Source: Eledone cirrhosa (Eukaryota). Taken from it: a stretch of 64,000 bases of DNA. The DNA lies in the NCBI GenBank assembly GCA_964016885.1, contig OZ024758.1, positions 35,216,001 to 35,280,000 of the forward strand. Direction: 5' to 3'. Below are positions 12,471 to 27,999 of this stretch, piece by piece. Position 1 is the first letter of the stretch, and each line of letters starts with the position of its first letter. The notes beneath the pieces were generated by a model. The model had not been told where the DNA came from. It worked only from the letters and a program-made list of their open reading frames with translations, and made no database searches. The position numbers and the translations under genes are program-made.

Positions 12471-15355
12471 AGAATTCATTTAAATCATGGTATTAGTTGT
12501 CAGAAGTAACTCCAATGTTGGTGAGAATTCATTTAAGTTCATGGTACTAGCTGTCAGAAGTAACTCCACTGTTGGTGAGAATTCATTTAAGTTCATGGTA
12601 TTAGCTGTCAGAAGTAACTCCACTGTTGGTGAGAATTCATTTAAGTCATGGTATTAGCTGTCAGAAGTAACTCCATTGTTGGTGAGAATTCATTTAAGTC
12701 ATGGTACTAGCTGTCAGAAGTAACTCCACTGTTGGTGAGAATTCATTTAAGTTCATGGTATTAGCTGTCAGAAGGAACTCCACTGTTGGTAAGAATTCAT
12801 TTAAGTTCATGGTATTAGCTGTCAGAAGTAACTCCACTGTTGGTGAGAATTCATTTAATTCATGGTACTAGCTGTCAGAAGTAACTCCACTGTTGGTGAG
12901 AATTCATTTAAGTTCATGGTACTAGCTGTCAGAAGTAACTCCACTGTTGGTGAGAATTCATTTAAGTTCATGGTACTAGCTGTCAGAAGTAACCCCAATG
13001 TTGGTGAGAATTCATTTAAGTTCATGGTATTAGCTGTCAGAAGTCACTCCAATGTTGGTGAGAATTCATTTAAGTTCATGGTATTAGCTGTGAGAAGTCA
13101 CTACACTGTTGGTGAGAATTCATTTAAGTTCATGGTATTAGCTGTCAGAAGTACCTCCACTGTTGGTGAGAATTCATTTAAGTTCATGGTATTAGCTGTC
13201 AGAAGTAACTCCACTGTTGGTGAGAATTCATTTAAGTTCATGGTATTAGCTGTCAGAAGTAACTCCACTGTTGGTGAGAATTCATTTAAGTTCATGGTAC
13301 TAGCTGTCAGAAGTAACTCCACTGTTGGTGAGAATTGATTTAAGTTCATGGTACTAGCTGTCAGAAGTAACTCCACTGTTGGTGAGAATTCATTTAAGTT
13401 CATGGTACTAGCTGTCAGAAGTAACCCCAATGTTGGTGAGAATTCATTTAAGTTCATGGTATTAGCTGTCAGAAGTCACTCCAATGTTGGTGAGAATTCA
13501 TTTAAGTTCATGGTATTAGCTGTGAGAAGTCACTCCACTGTTGGTGAGAATTCATTTAAGTTCATGGTATTAGCTGTCAGAAGTACCTCCACTGTTGGTG
13601 AGAATTCATTTAAGTTCATGGTATTAGCTGTCAGAAGTAACTCCACTGTTGGTGAGAATTCATTTAAGTTCATGGTATTAGCTGTCAGAAGGAACTCCAA
13701 TGTTGGTGAGAATTCATTTAAGTCATGGTACTAGCTGTCAGAAGTAACTCCACTGTTGGTGAGAATTCATTTAAGTTCATGGTATTAGCTGTCAGAAGGA
13801 ACTCCACTGTTGGTGAGAATTCATTTAAGTTCATGGTATTAGCTGTCAGAAGTAACTCCACTGTTGGTGAGAATTCATTTAAGTTCATGGTACTAGCTGT
13901 CAGAAGTAACTCCACTGTTGGTGAGAATTCATTTAAGTTCATGGTACTAGCCGTCAGAAGTAACTCCACTGTTGGTGAGAATTCAGTTAAGTTCATGGTA
14001 TTAGTTGTCAGAAGTAACTCCACTGTTGGTGAGAATTCATTTAAATCATGGTATTAGTTGTCAGAAGTAACTCCAATGTTGGTGAGAATTCATTTAAGTT
14101 CATGGTACTAGCTGTCAGAAGTAACTCCACTGTTGGTGAGAATTCATTTAAGTTCATGGTATTAGCTGTCAGAAGTAACTCCACTGTTGGTGAGAATTCA
14201 TTTAAGTCATGGTATTAGCTGTCAGAAGTAACTCCATTGTTGGTGAGAATTCATTTAAGTCATGGTACTAGCTGTCAGAAGTAACTCCACTGTTGGTGAG
14301 AATTCATTTAAGTTCATGGTATTAGCTGTCAGAAGGAACTCCACTGTTGGTAAGAATTCATTTAAGTTCATGGTATTAGCTGTCAGAAGTAACTCCACTG
14401 TTGGTGAGAATTCATTTAATTCATGGTACTAGCTGTCAGAAGTAACTCCACTGTTGGTGAGAATTCATTTAAGTTCATGGTACTAGCTGTCAGAAGTAAC
14501 TCCACTGTTGGTGAGAATTCATTTAAGTTCATGGTACTAGCTGTCAGAAGTAACCCCAATGTTGGTGAGAATTCATTTAAGTTCATGGTATTAGCTGTCA
14601 GAAGTCACTCCAATGTTGGTGAGAATTCATTTAAGTTCATGGTATTAGCTGTGAGAAGTCACTCCACTGTTGGTGAGAATTCATTTAAGTTCATGGTATT
14701 AGCTGTCAGAAGTACCTCCACTGTTGGTGAGAATTCATTTAAGTTCATGGTATTAGCTGTCAGAAGTAACTCCACTGTTGGTGAGAATTCATTTAAGTTC
14801 ATGGTATTAGCTGTCAGAAGTAACTCCACTGTTGGTGAGAATTCATTTAAGTTCATGGTACTAGCTGTCAGAAGTAACTCCACTGTTGGTGAGAATTGAT
14901 TTAAGTTCATGGTACTAGCTGTCAGAAGTAACTCCACTGTTGGTGAGAATTCATTTAAGTTCATGGTACTAGCTGTCAGAAGTAACCCCAATGTTGGTGA
15001 GAATTCATTTAAGTTCATGGTATTAGCTGTCAGAAGTCACTCCAATGTTGGTGAGAATTCATTTAAGTTCATGGTATTAGCTGTGAGAAGTCACTCCACT
15101 GTTGGTGAGAATTCATTTAAGTTCATGGTATTAGCTGTCAGAAGTACCTCCACTGTTGGTGAGAATTCATTTAAGTTCATGGTATTAGCTGTCAGAAGTA
15201 ACTCCACTGTTGGTGAGAATTCATTTAAGTTCATGGTATTAGCTGTCAGAAGGAACTCCAATGTTGGTGAGAATTCATTTAAGTCATGGTACTAGCTGTC
15301 AGAAGTAACTCCACTGTTGGTGAGAATTCATTTAAGTTCATGGTATTAGCTGTCA
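12210..15355. repeat. Tandem duplication of a 1561-bp (29-monomer) unit
   Basis: ORF pairs 12164/13725, 12862/14423 and 13348/14909 are offset by 1561. Shared AATTCATG deletion (~12857/14418) and GAATTGA (~13332/14893). Confidence 0.93.
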
Positions 15356-15929
15356 GAAGTAACTCCACTGTTGGTGAGAATTCATTTAAGTTCATGGTAT
15401 TAGTTTGTCAGAAGTAACTCCACTGTTGGTGAGAATTCATTTAATTCATGGTATTAGTTGTCAGAAGTAACTCCAATGTTGGTGAGAATTCATTTAAGTC
15501 ATGGTACTAGCTGTCAGAAGTAACTCCAATGTTGGTGAGAATTCATTTAAGTTCATGGTATTAGCTGTCAGAAGGAACTCCACTGTTGGTGAGAATTCAT
15601 TTAAGTTCATGGTATTAGCTGTCAGAAGTAACTCCACTGTTGGCGAGAATTCATTCAAGTTCATGGTACTAGCTGTCAGAAGTAACTCCAATGTTGGTGA
15701 GAATTCATTTAAGTTCATGGTATTAGCTGTCAGAAGTAACTCCACTGTTGGTGAGAATTCATTTAAGTCATGGTATTAGCTGTCAGAAGTAACTCCAATG
15801 TTGGTGAGAATTCATTTAAGTTCATGGTACTAGCTGTCAGAAGTAACTCCACTGTTGGTGAGAATTCATTTAAGTTCATGGTATTAGTTTGTCAGAAGTA
15901 ACTCCACTGTTGGTGAGAATTCATTTAAG

Positions 15930-18900
15930 TCATGGTACTAGCTGTCAGAAGTAACTCCAATGTTGGTGAGAATTCAGTTAAGTTCATGGTATTAGCTGTC
16001 AGAAGGAACTCCACTGTTGGTGAGAATTCATTTAAGTTCATGGTATTAGCTGTCAGAAGTAACTCCACTGTTGGTGAGAATTCATTTAAGTTCATGGTAC
16101 TAGCTGTCAGAAGTAACTCCACTGTTGGTGAGAATTCATTTAAGTTCATGGTACTAGCTGTCAGAAGTAACTCCACTGTTGGTGAGAATTCAGTTAAGTT
16201 CATGGTATTAGTTGTCAGAAGTAACTCCACTGTTGGTGAGAATTCATTTAAATCATGGTATTAGTTGTCAGAAGTAACTCCAATGTTGGTGAGAATTCAT
16301 TTAATTTCATGGTACTAGCTGTCAGAAGTAACTCCACTGTTGGTGAGAATTCATTTAAGTCATGGTATTAGTTGTCAGAAGTAACTCCAATGTTGGTGAG
16401 AATTCATTTAAGTTCATGGTACTAGCTGTCAGAAGTAACTCCACTGTTGGTGAGAATTCATTTAAGTTCATGGTATTAGCTGTCAGAAGTAACTCCACTG
16501 TTGGTGAGAATTCATTTAAGTCATGGTATTAGTTGTCAGAAGTAACTCCAATGTTGGTGAGAATTCATTTAAGTTCATGGTACTAGCTGTCAGAAGTAAC
16601 TCCACTGTTGGTGAGAATTCATTTAAGTTCATGGTATTAGCTGTCAGAAGTAACTCCACTGTTGGTGAGAATTCATTTAAGTTCATGGTATTAGCTGTCA
16701 GAAGTAACTCCACTGTTGGTGAGAATTCATTTAAGTTCATGGTATTAGCTGTCAGAAGTAACTCCACTGTTGGTGAGAATTCATTTAAGTTCATGGTATT
16801 AGCTGTCAGAAGGAACTCCAATGTTGGTGAGAATTCATTTAAGTCATGGTACTAGCTGTCAGAAGTAACTCCACTGTTGGTGAGAATTCATTTAAGTTCA
16901 TGGTATTAGCTGTCAGAAGTAACTCCACTGTTGGTGAGAATTCATTTAAGTTCATGGTATTAGCTGTCAGAAGGAACTCCACTGTTGGTGAGAATTCATT
17001 TAAGTTCATGGTATTAGCTGTCAGAAGTAACTCCACTGTTGGTGAGAATTCATTTAAGTTCATGGTACTAGTTGTCAGAAGTAACTCCACTGTTGGTGAG
17101 AATTCATTTAAGTTCATGTTACTAGCTGTCAGAAGTAACTCCACTGTTGGTGAGAATTCATTTAAGTTCATGGTATTAGTTTGTCAGAAATAACTCCACT
17201 GTTGGTGAGAATTCATTTAAGTTCATGGTATTAGCTGTCAGAAGTAACTCCACTGTTGGTGAGAATTCATTTAAGTTCATGGTACTAGCTGTCAGAAGTA
17301 ACTCCAATGTTGGTGAGAATTCATTTAAGTTCATGGTATTAGCTGTCAGAAGTAACTCCACTGTTGGTGAGAATTCATTTAAGTCATGGTATTAGCTGTC
17401 AGAAGTAACTCCAATGTTGGTGAGAATTCATTTAAGTTCATGGTATTAGCTGTCAGAAGTAACTCCACTGTTGGTGAGAATTCATTTAAGTTCACGGTAC
17501 TAGCTGTCAGAAGTAACTCCACTGTTGGTGAGAATTCATTTAAGTTCATGGTATTAGTTTGTCAGAAGTAACTCCACTGTTGGTGAGAATTCATTTAAGT
17601 CATGGTATTAGTTGTCAGAAGTTTACTCCAATGTTGGTGAGAATTCATTTAAGTTCATGGTACTAGCTGTCAGAAGTAACTCCACTGTTGGTGAGAATTC
17701 ATTTAAGTTCATGGTATTAGCTGTCAGAAGTAACTCCACTGTTGGTGAGAATTCATTTAAGTCATGGTATTAGCTGTCAGAAGTAACTCCAATGTTGGTG
17801 AGAATTCATTTAAGTCATGGTACTAGCTGTCAGAAGTAACTCCAATGTTGGTGAGAATTCAGTTAAGTTCATGGTATTAGCTGTCAGAAGGAACTCCACT
17901 GTTGGTGAGAATTCATTTAAGTTCATGGTATTAGCTGTCAGAAGTAACTCCACTGTTGGTGAGAATTCATTTAAGTTCATGGTACTAGCTGTCAGAAGTA
18001 ACTCCACTGTTGCATAGAATTCATTTAAGTTCATGGTACTAGCTGTCAGAAGTAACTCCACTGTTGGTGAGAATTCAGTTAAGTTCATGGTATTAGTTGT
18101 CAGAAGTAACTCCACTGTTGGTGAGAATTCATTTAAATCATGGTATTAGTTGTCAGAAGTAAATCCAATGTTGGTGAGAATTCATTTAATTTCATGGTAC
18201 TAGCTGTCAGAAGTAACTCCACTGTTGGTGAGAAATCATTTAAGTCATGGTATTAGTTGTCAGAAGTAACTCCAATGTTGGTGAGAATTCATTTAAGTTC
18301 ATGGTACTAGCTGTCAGAAGTAACTCCACTGTTGGTGAGAATTCATTTAAGTTCATGGTATTAGCTGTCAGAAGTAACTCCACTGTTGGTGAGAATTCAT
18401 TTAAGTCATGGTATTAGTTGTCAGAAGTAACTCCAATGTTGGTGAGAATTCATTTAAGTTCATGGTACTAGCTGTCAGAAGTAACTCCACTGTTGGTGAG
18501 AATTCATTTAAGTTCATGGTATTAGCTTTCAGAAGTAACTCCACTGTTGGTGAGAATTCATTTAAGTTCATGGTACTAGCTGTCAGAAGTAACTCCACTG
18601 TTGGTGAGAATTCATTTAAGTTCATGGTACTAGCTGTCAGAAGTAACTCCACTGTTGGTGAGAATTCAGTTAAGTTCATGGTATTAGTTGTCAGAAGTAA
18701 CTCCACTGTTGGTGAGAATTCATTTAAATCATGGTATTAGTTGTCAGAAGTAACTCCAATGTTGGTGAGAATTCATTTAATTTCATGGTACTAGCTGTCA
18801 GAAGTAACTCCACTGTTGGTGAGAATTCATTTAAGTCATGGTATTAGTTGTCAGAAGTAACTCCAATGTTGGTGAGAATTCATTTAAGTTCATGGTACTA

Positions 18901-21900
18901 GCTGTCAGAAGTAACTCCACTGTTGGTGAGAATTCATTTAAGTTCATGGTATTAGCTGTCAGAAGTAACTCCACTGTTGGTGAGAATTCATTTAAGTCAT
19001 GGTATTAGTTGTCAGAAGTAACTCCAATGTTGGTGAGAATTCATTTAAGTTCATGGTACTAGCTGTCAGAAGTAACTCCACAGTTGGTGAGAATTCATTT
19101 AAGATCATGGTATTAGCTGTCAGAAGTAACTCCACTGTTGGTGAGAATTCATTTAAGTTCATGGTATTAGCTGTCAGAAGTAACTCCACTGTTGGTGAGA
19201 ATTCATTTAAGTTCATGGTATTAGCTGTCAGAAGTAACTCCACTGTTGGTGAGAATTCATTTAAGTTCATGGTATTAGCTGTCAGAAGGAACTCCAATGT
19301 TGGTGAGAATTCATTTAAGTCATGGTACTAGCTGTCAGAAGTAACTCCACTGTTGGTGAGAATTCATTTAAGTTCATGGTATTAGCTGTCAGAAGTAACT
19401 CCACTGTTGGTGAGAATTCATTTAAGTTCATGGTACTAGCTGTCAGAAGTAACTCCAATGTAGGTGAGAATTCATTTAAGTTCATGGTATTAGCTGTCAG
19501 AAGGAACTCCACTGTTGGTGAGAATTCATTTAAGTTCATGGTATTAGCTGTCAGAAGTAACTCCACTGTTGGTGAGAATTCATTTAAGTTCATGGTACTA
19601 GTTGTCAGAAGTAACTCCACTGTTGGTGAGAATTCATTTAAGTTCATGTTACTAGCTGTCAGAAGTAACTCCACTGTTGGTGAGAATTCATTTAAGTTCA
19701 TGGTATTAGTTTGTCAGAAGTAACTCCACTGTTGGTGAGAATTCATTTAAGTTCATGGTATTAGCTGTTAAAAGTAACTCCACTGTTGGTGAGAATTCAT
19801 TTAAGTTCATGGTACTAGCTGTCAGAAGTAACTCCAATGTTGGTGAGAATTCATTTAAGTTCATGGTATTAGCTGTCAGAAGTAACTCCACTGTTGGTGA
19901 GAATTCATTTAAGTTCATGGTATTAGCTGTCAGAAGTAACTCCACTGTTGGTGAGAATTCATTTAAGTTCATGGTATTAGCTGTCAGAAGTAACTGCACT
20001 GTTGGTGAGAATTCATTTAAGTTCATGGTATTAGCTGTCAGAAGTAACTCCACTGTTGGTGAGAATTCATTTAAGTTCATGGTATTAGCTGTCAGAAGGA
20101 ACTCCAATGTTGGTGAGAATTCATTTAAGTCATGGTACTAGCTGTCAGAAGTAACTCCACTGTTGGTGAGAATTCATTTAAGTTCATGGTATTAGCTGTC
20201 AGAAGTAACTCCACTGTTGGTGAGAATTCATTTAAGTTCATGGTATTAGCTGTCAGAAGGAACTCCACTGTTGGTGAGAATTCATTTAAGTTCATGGTAT
20301 TAGCTGTCAGAAGTAACTCCACTGTTGGTGAGAATTCATTTAAGTTCATGGTACTAGTTGTCAGAAGTAACTCCACTGTTGGTGAGAATTCATTTAAGTT
20401 CATGTTACTAGCTGTCAGAAGTAACTCCACTGTTGGTGAGAATTCATTTAAGTTCATGGTATTAGTTTGTCAGAAATAACTCCAATGTTGGTGAGAATTC
20501 ATTTAAGTTCATGGTATTAGCTGTCAGAAGTAACTCCACTGTTGGTGAGAATTCATTTAAATCATGGTATTAGCTGTCAGAAGTAACTCCAATGTTGGTG
20601 AGAATTCATTTAAGTTCATGGTATTAGCTGTCAGAAGTAACTCCACTGTTGGTGAGAATTCATTTAAGTTCACGGTACTAGCTGTCAGAAGTAACTCCAC
20701 TGTTGGTGAGAATTCATTTAAGTTCATGGTATTAGTTTGTCAGAAGTAACTCCACTGTTGGTGAGAATTCATTTAAGTCATGGTATTAGTTGTCAGAAGT
20801 TTACTCCAATGTTGGTGAGAATTCATTTAAGTTCATGGTACTAGCTGTCAGAAGTAACTCCACTGTTGGTGAGAATTCATTTAAGTTCATGGTATTAGCT
20901 GTCAGAAGTAACTCCACTGTTGGTGAGAATTCATTTAAGTCATGGTATTAGCTGTCAGAAGTAACTCCAATGTTGGTGAGAATTCATTTAAGTCATGGTA
21001 CTAGCTGTCAGAAGTAACTCCAATGTTGGTGAGAATTCAGTTAAGTTCATGGTATTAGCTGTCAGAAGGAACTCCACTGTTGGTGAGAATTCATTTAAGT
21101 TCATGGTATTAGCTGTCAGAAGTAACTCCACTGTTGGTGAGAATTCATTTAAGTTCATGGTACTAGCTGTCAGAAGTAACTCCACTGTTGGTGAGAATTC
21201 ATTTAAGTTCATGGTACTAGCTGTCAGAAGTAACTCCACTGTTGGTGAGAATTCAGTTAAGTTCATGGTATTAGTTGTCAGAAGTAACTCCACTGTTGGT
21301 GAGAATTCATTTAAATCATGGTATTAGTTGTCAGAAGTAACTCCAATGTTGGTGAGAATTCATTTAATTTCATGGTACTAGCTGTCAGAAGTAACTCCAC
21401 TGTTGGTGAGAAATCATTTAAGTCATGGTATTAGTTGTCAGAAGTAACTCCAATGTTGGTGAGAATTCATTTAAGTTCATGGTACTAGCTGTCAGAAGTA
21501 ACTCCACTGTTGGTGAGAATTCATTTAAGTTCATGGTATTAGCTGTCAGAAGTAACTCCACTGTTGGTGAGAATTCATTTAAGTCATGGTATTAGTTGTC
21601 AGAAGTAACTCCAATGTTGGTGAGAATTCATTTAAGTTCATGGTACTAGCTGTCAGAAGTAACTCCACTGTTGGTGAGAATTCATTTAAGTTCATGGTAT
21701 TAGCTGTCAGAAGTAACTCCACTGTTGGTGAGAATTCATTTAAGTTCATGGTACTAGCTGTCAGAAGTAACTCCACTGTTGGTGAGAATTCATTTAAGTT
21801 CATGGTACTAGCTGTCAGAAGTAACTCCACTGTTGGTGAGAATTCAGTTAAGTTCATGGTATTAGTTGTCAGAAGTAACTCCACTGTTGGTGAGAATTCA

Positions 21901-24000
21901 TTTAAATCATGGTATTAGTTGTCAGAAGTAACTCCAATGTTGGTGAGAATTCATTTAATTTCATGGTACTAGCTGTCAGAAGTAACTCCACTGTTGGTGA
22001 GAATTCATTTAAGTCATGGTATTAGTTGTCAGAAGTAACTCCAATGTTGGTGAGAATTCATTTAAGTTCATGGTACTAGCTGTCAGAAGTAACTCCACTG
22101 TTGGTGAGAATTCATTTAAGTTCATGGTATTAGCTGTCAGAAGTAACTCCACTGTTGGTGAGAATTCATTTAAGTCATGGTATTAGTTGTCAGAAGTAAC
22201 TCCAATGTTGGTGAGAATTCATTTAAGTTCATGGTACTAGCTGTCAGAAGTAACTCCACTGTTGGTGAGAATTCATTTAAGATCATGGTATTAGCTGTCA
22301 GAAGTAACTCCACTGTTGGTGAGAATTCATTTAAGTTCATGGTACTAGTTGTCAGAAGTAACTCCACTGTTGGTGAGAATTCATTTAAGTTCATGTTACT
22401 AGCTGTCAGAAGTAACTCCACTGTTGGTGAGAATTCATTTAAGTTCATGGTATTAGTTTGTCAGAAGTAACTCCACTGTTGGTGAGAATTCATTTAAGTT
22501 CATGGTATTAGCTGTCAGAAGTAACTCCACTGTTGGTGAGAATTCATTTAAGTTCATGGTACTAGCTGTCAGAAGTAACTCCAATGTTGGTGAGAATTCA
22601 TTTAAGTTCATGGTATTAGCTGTCAGAAGTAACTCCACTGTTGGTGAGAATTCATTTAAGTCATGGTATTAGCTGTCAGAAGTAACTCCAATGTTGGTGA
22701 GAATTCATTTAAGTTCATGGTATTAGCTGTCAGAAGTAACTCCACTGTTGGTGAGAATTCATTTAAGTTCACGGTACTAGCTGTCAGAAGTAACTCCACT
22801 GTTGGTGAGAATTCATTTAAGTTCATGGTATTAGTTTGTCAGAAGTAACTCCACTGTTGGTGAGAATTCATTTAAGTCATGGTATTAGTTGTCAGAAGTT
22901 TACTCCAATGTTGGTGAGAATTCATTTAAGTTCATGGTACTATCTGTCAGAAGTAACTCCACTGTTGGTGAGAATTCATTTAAGTTCATGGTATTAGCTG
23001 TCAGAAGTAACTCCACTGTTGGTGAGAATTCATTTAAGTCATGGTATTAGCTGTCAGAAGTAACTCCAATGTTGGTGAGAATTCATTTAAGTCATGGTAC
23101 TAGCTGTCAGAAGTAACTCCAATGTTGGTGAGAATTCAGTTAAGTTCATGGTATTAGCTGTCAGAAGGAACTCCACTGTTGGTGAGAATTCATTTAAGTT
23201 CATGGTATTAGCTGTCAGAAGTAACTCCACTGTTGGTGAGAATTCATTTAAGTTCATGGTACTAGCTGTCAGAAGTAACTCCACTGTTGGTGAGAATTCA
23301 TTTAAGTTCATGGTACTAGCTGTCAGAAGTAACTCCACTGTTGGTGAGAATTCAGTTAAGTTCATGGTATTAGTTGTCAGAAGTAACTCCACTGTTGGTG
23401 AGAATTCATTTAAATCATGGTATTAGTTGTCAGAAGTAACTCCAATGTTGGTGAGAATTCATTTAATTTCATGGTACTAGCTGTCAGAAGTAACTCCACT
23501 GTTGGTGAGAAATCATTTAAGTCATGGTATTAGTTGTCAGAAGTAACTCCAATGTTGGTGAGAATTCATTTAAGTTCATGGTACTAGCTGTCAGAAGTAA
23601 CTCCACTGTTGGTGAGAATTCATTTAAGTTCATGGTATTAGCTGTCAGAAGTAACTCCACTGTTGGTGAGAATTCATTTAAGTCATGGTATTAGTTGTCA
23701 GAAGTAACTCCAATGTTGGTGAGAATTCATTTAAGTTCATGGTACTAGCTGTCAGAAGTAACTCCACTGTTGGTGAGAATTCATTTAAGTTCATGGTATT
23801 AGCTGTCAGAAGTAACTCCACTGTTGGTGAGAATTCATTTAAGTTCATGGTATTAGCTGTCAGAAGTAACTCCACTGTTGGTGAGAATTCACTTAAGTTC
23901 ATGGTATTAGCTGTCAGAAGTAACTCCACTGTTGGTGAGAATTCATTTAAGTTCATGGTATTAGCTGTCAGAAGGAACTCCAATGTTGGTGAGAATTCAT
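15930..24000. repeat. Nested domain: a 591-bp (11-monomer) HOR within 3178-bp and 2099-bp duplications
   Basis: 591 offsets: 15932/16523, 17817/18408/18999, 20995/21586/22177, 23094/23685. 3178 offsets: 17386/20564, 17817/20995, 18999/22177, with marker AAGATC at 19101/22279. 2099 offsets: 20564/22663, 20995/23094. Confidence 0.87.
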
Positions 24001-27000
24001 TTAAGTCATGGTATTAGCTGTCAGAAGTAACTCCATTGTTGGTGAGAATTCATTTAAATCATGGTACTAGCTGTCAGAAGTAACTCCACTGTTGGTGAGA
24101 ATTCATTTAAGTTCATGGTATTAGCTGTCAGAAGGAACTCCACTGTTGGTAAGAATTCATTTAAGTTCATGGTATTAGCTGTCAGAAGTAACTCCACTGT
24201 TGGTGAGAATTCATTTAAGTTCATGGTACTAGCTGTCAGAAGTAACTCCACTGTTGGTGAGAATTCATTTAAGTTCATGGTACTAGCTGTCAGAAGTAAC
24301 TCCACTGTTGGTGAGAATTCATTTTAGTTCATGGTACTAGCTGTCAGAAGTAACCCCAATGTTGGTGAGAATTCATTTAAGTTCATGGTATTAGCTGTCA
24401 GAAGTCACTCCAATGTTGGTGAGAATTCATTTAAGTTCATGGTATTAGCTGTGAGAAGTCACTCCACTGTTGGTGAGAATTCATTTAAGTTCATGGTATT
24501 AGCTGTCAGAAGTACCTCCACTGTTGGTGAGAATTCATTTAAGTTCATGGTATTAGCTGTCAGAAGTAACTCCACTGTTGGTGAGAATTCATTTAAGTTC
24601 ATGGTATTAGCTGTCAGAAGGAACTCCAATGTTGGTGAGAATTCATTTAAGTCATGGTACTAGCTGTCAGAAGTAACTCCACTGTTGGTGAGAATTCATT
24701 TAAGTTCATGGTATTAGCTGTCAGAAGTAACTCCACTGTTGGTGAGAATTCATTTAAGTTCATGGTACTAGCTGTCAGAAGTAACTCCAATGTTGGTGAG
24801 AATTCATTTAAGTTCATGGTATTAGCTGTCAGAAGGAACTCCACTGTTGGTGAGAATTCATTTAAGTTCATGGTATTAGCTGTCAGAAGTAACTCCACTG
24901 TTGGTGAGAATTCATTTAAGTTCATGGTACTAGTTGTCAGAAGTAACTCCACTGTTGGTGAGAATTCATTTAAGTTCATGTTACTAGCTGTCAGAAGTAA
25001 CTCCACTGTTGGTGAGAATTCATTTAAGTTCATGGTATTAGTTTGTCAGAAGTAACTCCACTGTTGGTGAGAATTCATTTAAGTTCATGGTATTAGCTGT
25101 CAGAAGTAACTCCACTGTTGGTGAGAATTCATTTAAGTTCATGGTACTAGCTGTCAGAAGTAACTCCAATGTTGGTGAGAATTCATTTAAGTTCATGGTA
25201 TTAGCTGTCAGAAGTAACTCCACTGTTGGTGAGAATTCATTTAAGTCATGGTATTAGCTGTCAGAAGTAACTCCAATGTTGGTGAGAATTCATTTAAGTT
25301 CATGGTATTAGCTGTCACAAGTAACTCCACTGTTGGTGAGAATTCATTTAAGTTCACGGTACTAGCTGTCAGAAGTAACTCCACTGTTGGTGAGAATTCA
25401 TTTAAGTTCATGGTATTAGTTTGTCAGAAGTAACTCCACTGTTGGTGAGAATTCATTTAAGTCGTGGTATTAGTTGTCAGAAGTTTACTCCAATGTTGGT
25501 GAGAATTCATTTAAGTTCATGGTACTAGCTGTCAGAAGTAACTCCACTGTTGGTGAGAATTCATTTAAGTTCATGGTATTAGCTGTCAGAAGTAACTCCA
25601 CTGTTGGTGAGAATTCATTTAAGTCATGGTATTAGCTGTCAGAAGTAACTCCACTGTTGGTGAGAATTCATTTATGTTCATGGTATTAGCTGTCAGAAGT
25701 AACTCCACTGTTGGTGAGAATTGATTTAAGTTCATGGTACTAGCTGTCAGAAGTAACTCCACTGTTGGTGAGAATTCATTTAAGTTCATGGTACTAGCTG
25801 TCAGAAGTAACTCCACTGTTGGTGAGAATTCAGTTAAGTTCATGGTATGAGTTGTCAGAAGTAACTCCACTGTTGGTGAGAATTCATTTAAATCATGGTA
25901 TTAGTTGTCAGAAGTAACTCCAATGTGGGTGAGAATTCATTTAATTTCATGGTACTAGCTGTCAGAAGTAACTCCACTGTTGGTGAGAAATCATTTAAGT
26001 CATGGTATTAGTTGTCAGAAGTAACTCCAATGTTGGTGAGAATTCATTTAAGTTCATGGTACTAGCTGTCAGAAGTAACACCACTGTTGGTGAGAATTCA
26101 TTTAAGTTCATGGGATTAGCTGTCAGAAGTAACTCCACTGTTGGTGAGAATTCATTTAAGACATGGTATTAGTTGTCAGAAGTAACTCCAATGTTGGTGA
26201 GAATTCATTTAAGTTCATGGTACTAGCTGTCAGAAGTAACTCCACTGTTGGTGAGAATTCATTTAAGTTCATGGTATTAGCTGTCAGAAGTAACTCCACT
26301 GTTGGTGAGAATTCATTTAAGTCATGGTATTAGCTGTCAGAAGTAACTCCAATGTTGGTGAGAATTCATTTAAGTCTTGGTACTAGCTGTCAGAAGTAAC
26401 TCCAATGTTGGTGAGAATTCAGTTAAGTTCATGGTATTAGCTGTCAGAAGGAACTCCACTGTTGGTGAGAATTCATTTAAGTTCATGGTATTAGCTGTCA
26501 GAAGTAACTCCACTGTTGGTGAGAATTCATTTAAGTTCATGGTACTAGCTGTCAGAAGTAACTCCACTGTTGGTGAGAATTCATTTAAGTTCATGGTACT
26601 AGCCGTCAGAAGTAACTCCACTGTTGGTGAGAATTCAGTTAAGTTCATGGTATTAGTTGTCAGAAGTAACTCCACTGTTGGTGAGAATTCATTTAAGTTC
26701 ATGGTACTAGCTGTCAGAAGTAACTCCACTGTTGGTGAGAATTCATTTAAGTTCATGGTATTAGCTGTCAGAAGTAACTCCACTGTTGGTGAGAATTCAT
26801 TTAAGTTCATGGTATTAGCTGTCAGAAGTAACTCCACTGTTGGTGAGAATTCATTTAAGTCATGGTATTAGCTGTCAGAAGTAACTCCAATGTTGGTGAG
26901 AATTCATTTAAGTCTTGGTACTAGCTGTCAGAAGTAACTCCAATGTTGGTGAGAATTCAGTTAAGTTCATGGTATTAGCTGTCAGAAGGAACTCCACTGT

Positions 27001-27999
27001 TGGTGAGAATTCATTTAAGTTCATGGTATTAGCTGTCAGAAGTAACTCCACTGTTGGTGAGAATTCATTTAAGTTCATGGTACTAGCTGTCAGAAGTAAC
27101 TCCACTGTTGGTGAGAATTCATTTAAGTTCATGGTACTAGCCGTCAGAAGTAACTCCACTGTTGGTGAGAATTCAGTTAAGTTCATGGTATTAGTTGTCA
27201 GAAGTAACTCCACTGTTGGTGAGAATTCATTTAAATCATGGTATTAGTTGTCAGAAGTAACTCCAATGTTGGTGAGAATTCATTTAAGTTCATGGTACTA
27301 GCTGTCAGAAGTAACTCCACTGTTGGTGAGAATTCATTTAAGTTCATGGGATTAGCTGTCAGAAGTAACTCCACTGTTGGTGGGAATTCATTTAAGTCAT
27401 GGTATTAGCTGTCAGAAGTAACTCCATTGTTGGTGAGAATTCATTTAAGTCATGGTACTAGCTGTCAGAAGTAACTCCACTGTTGGTGAGAATTCATTTA
27501 AGTTCATGGTATTAGCTGTCAGAAGGAACTCCACTGTTGGTAAGAATTCATTTAAGTTCATGGTATTAGCTGTCAGAAGTAACTCCACTGTTGGTGAGAA
27601 TTCATTTAAGTTCATGGTACTAGCTGTCAGAAGTAACTCCACTGTTGGTGAGAATTCATTTAAGTTCATGGTACTAGCTGTCAGAAGTAACTCCACTGTT
27701 GGTGAGAATTCATTTAAGTTCATGGTACTAGCTGTCAGAAGTAACCCCAATGTTGGTGAGAATTCATTTAAGTTCATGGTATTAGCTGTCAGAAGTCACT
27801 CCAATGTTGGTGAGAATTCATTTAAGTTCATGGTATTAGCTGTGAGAAGTCACTCCACTGTTGGTGAGAATTCATTTAAGTTCATGGTATTAGCTGTCAG
27901 AAGTACCTCCACTGTTGGTGAGAATTCATTTAAGTTCATGGTATTAGCTGTCAGAAGTAACTCCACTGTTGGTGAGAATTCATTTAAGTTCATGGTATT

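Noticed and set aside
18008-18020. Isolated triple substitution GTTGCATAG replacing GTTGGTGAG
   Set aside because: It is a singleton absent from the 3178-bp paralog (~21190). It could be a multinucleotide mutation or a consensus error and cannot be interpreted without reads.
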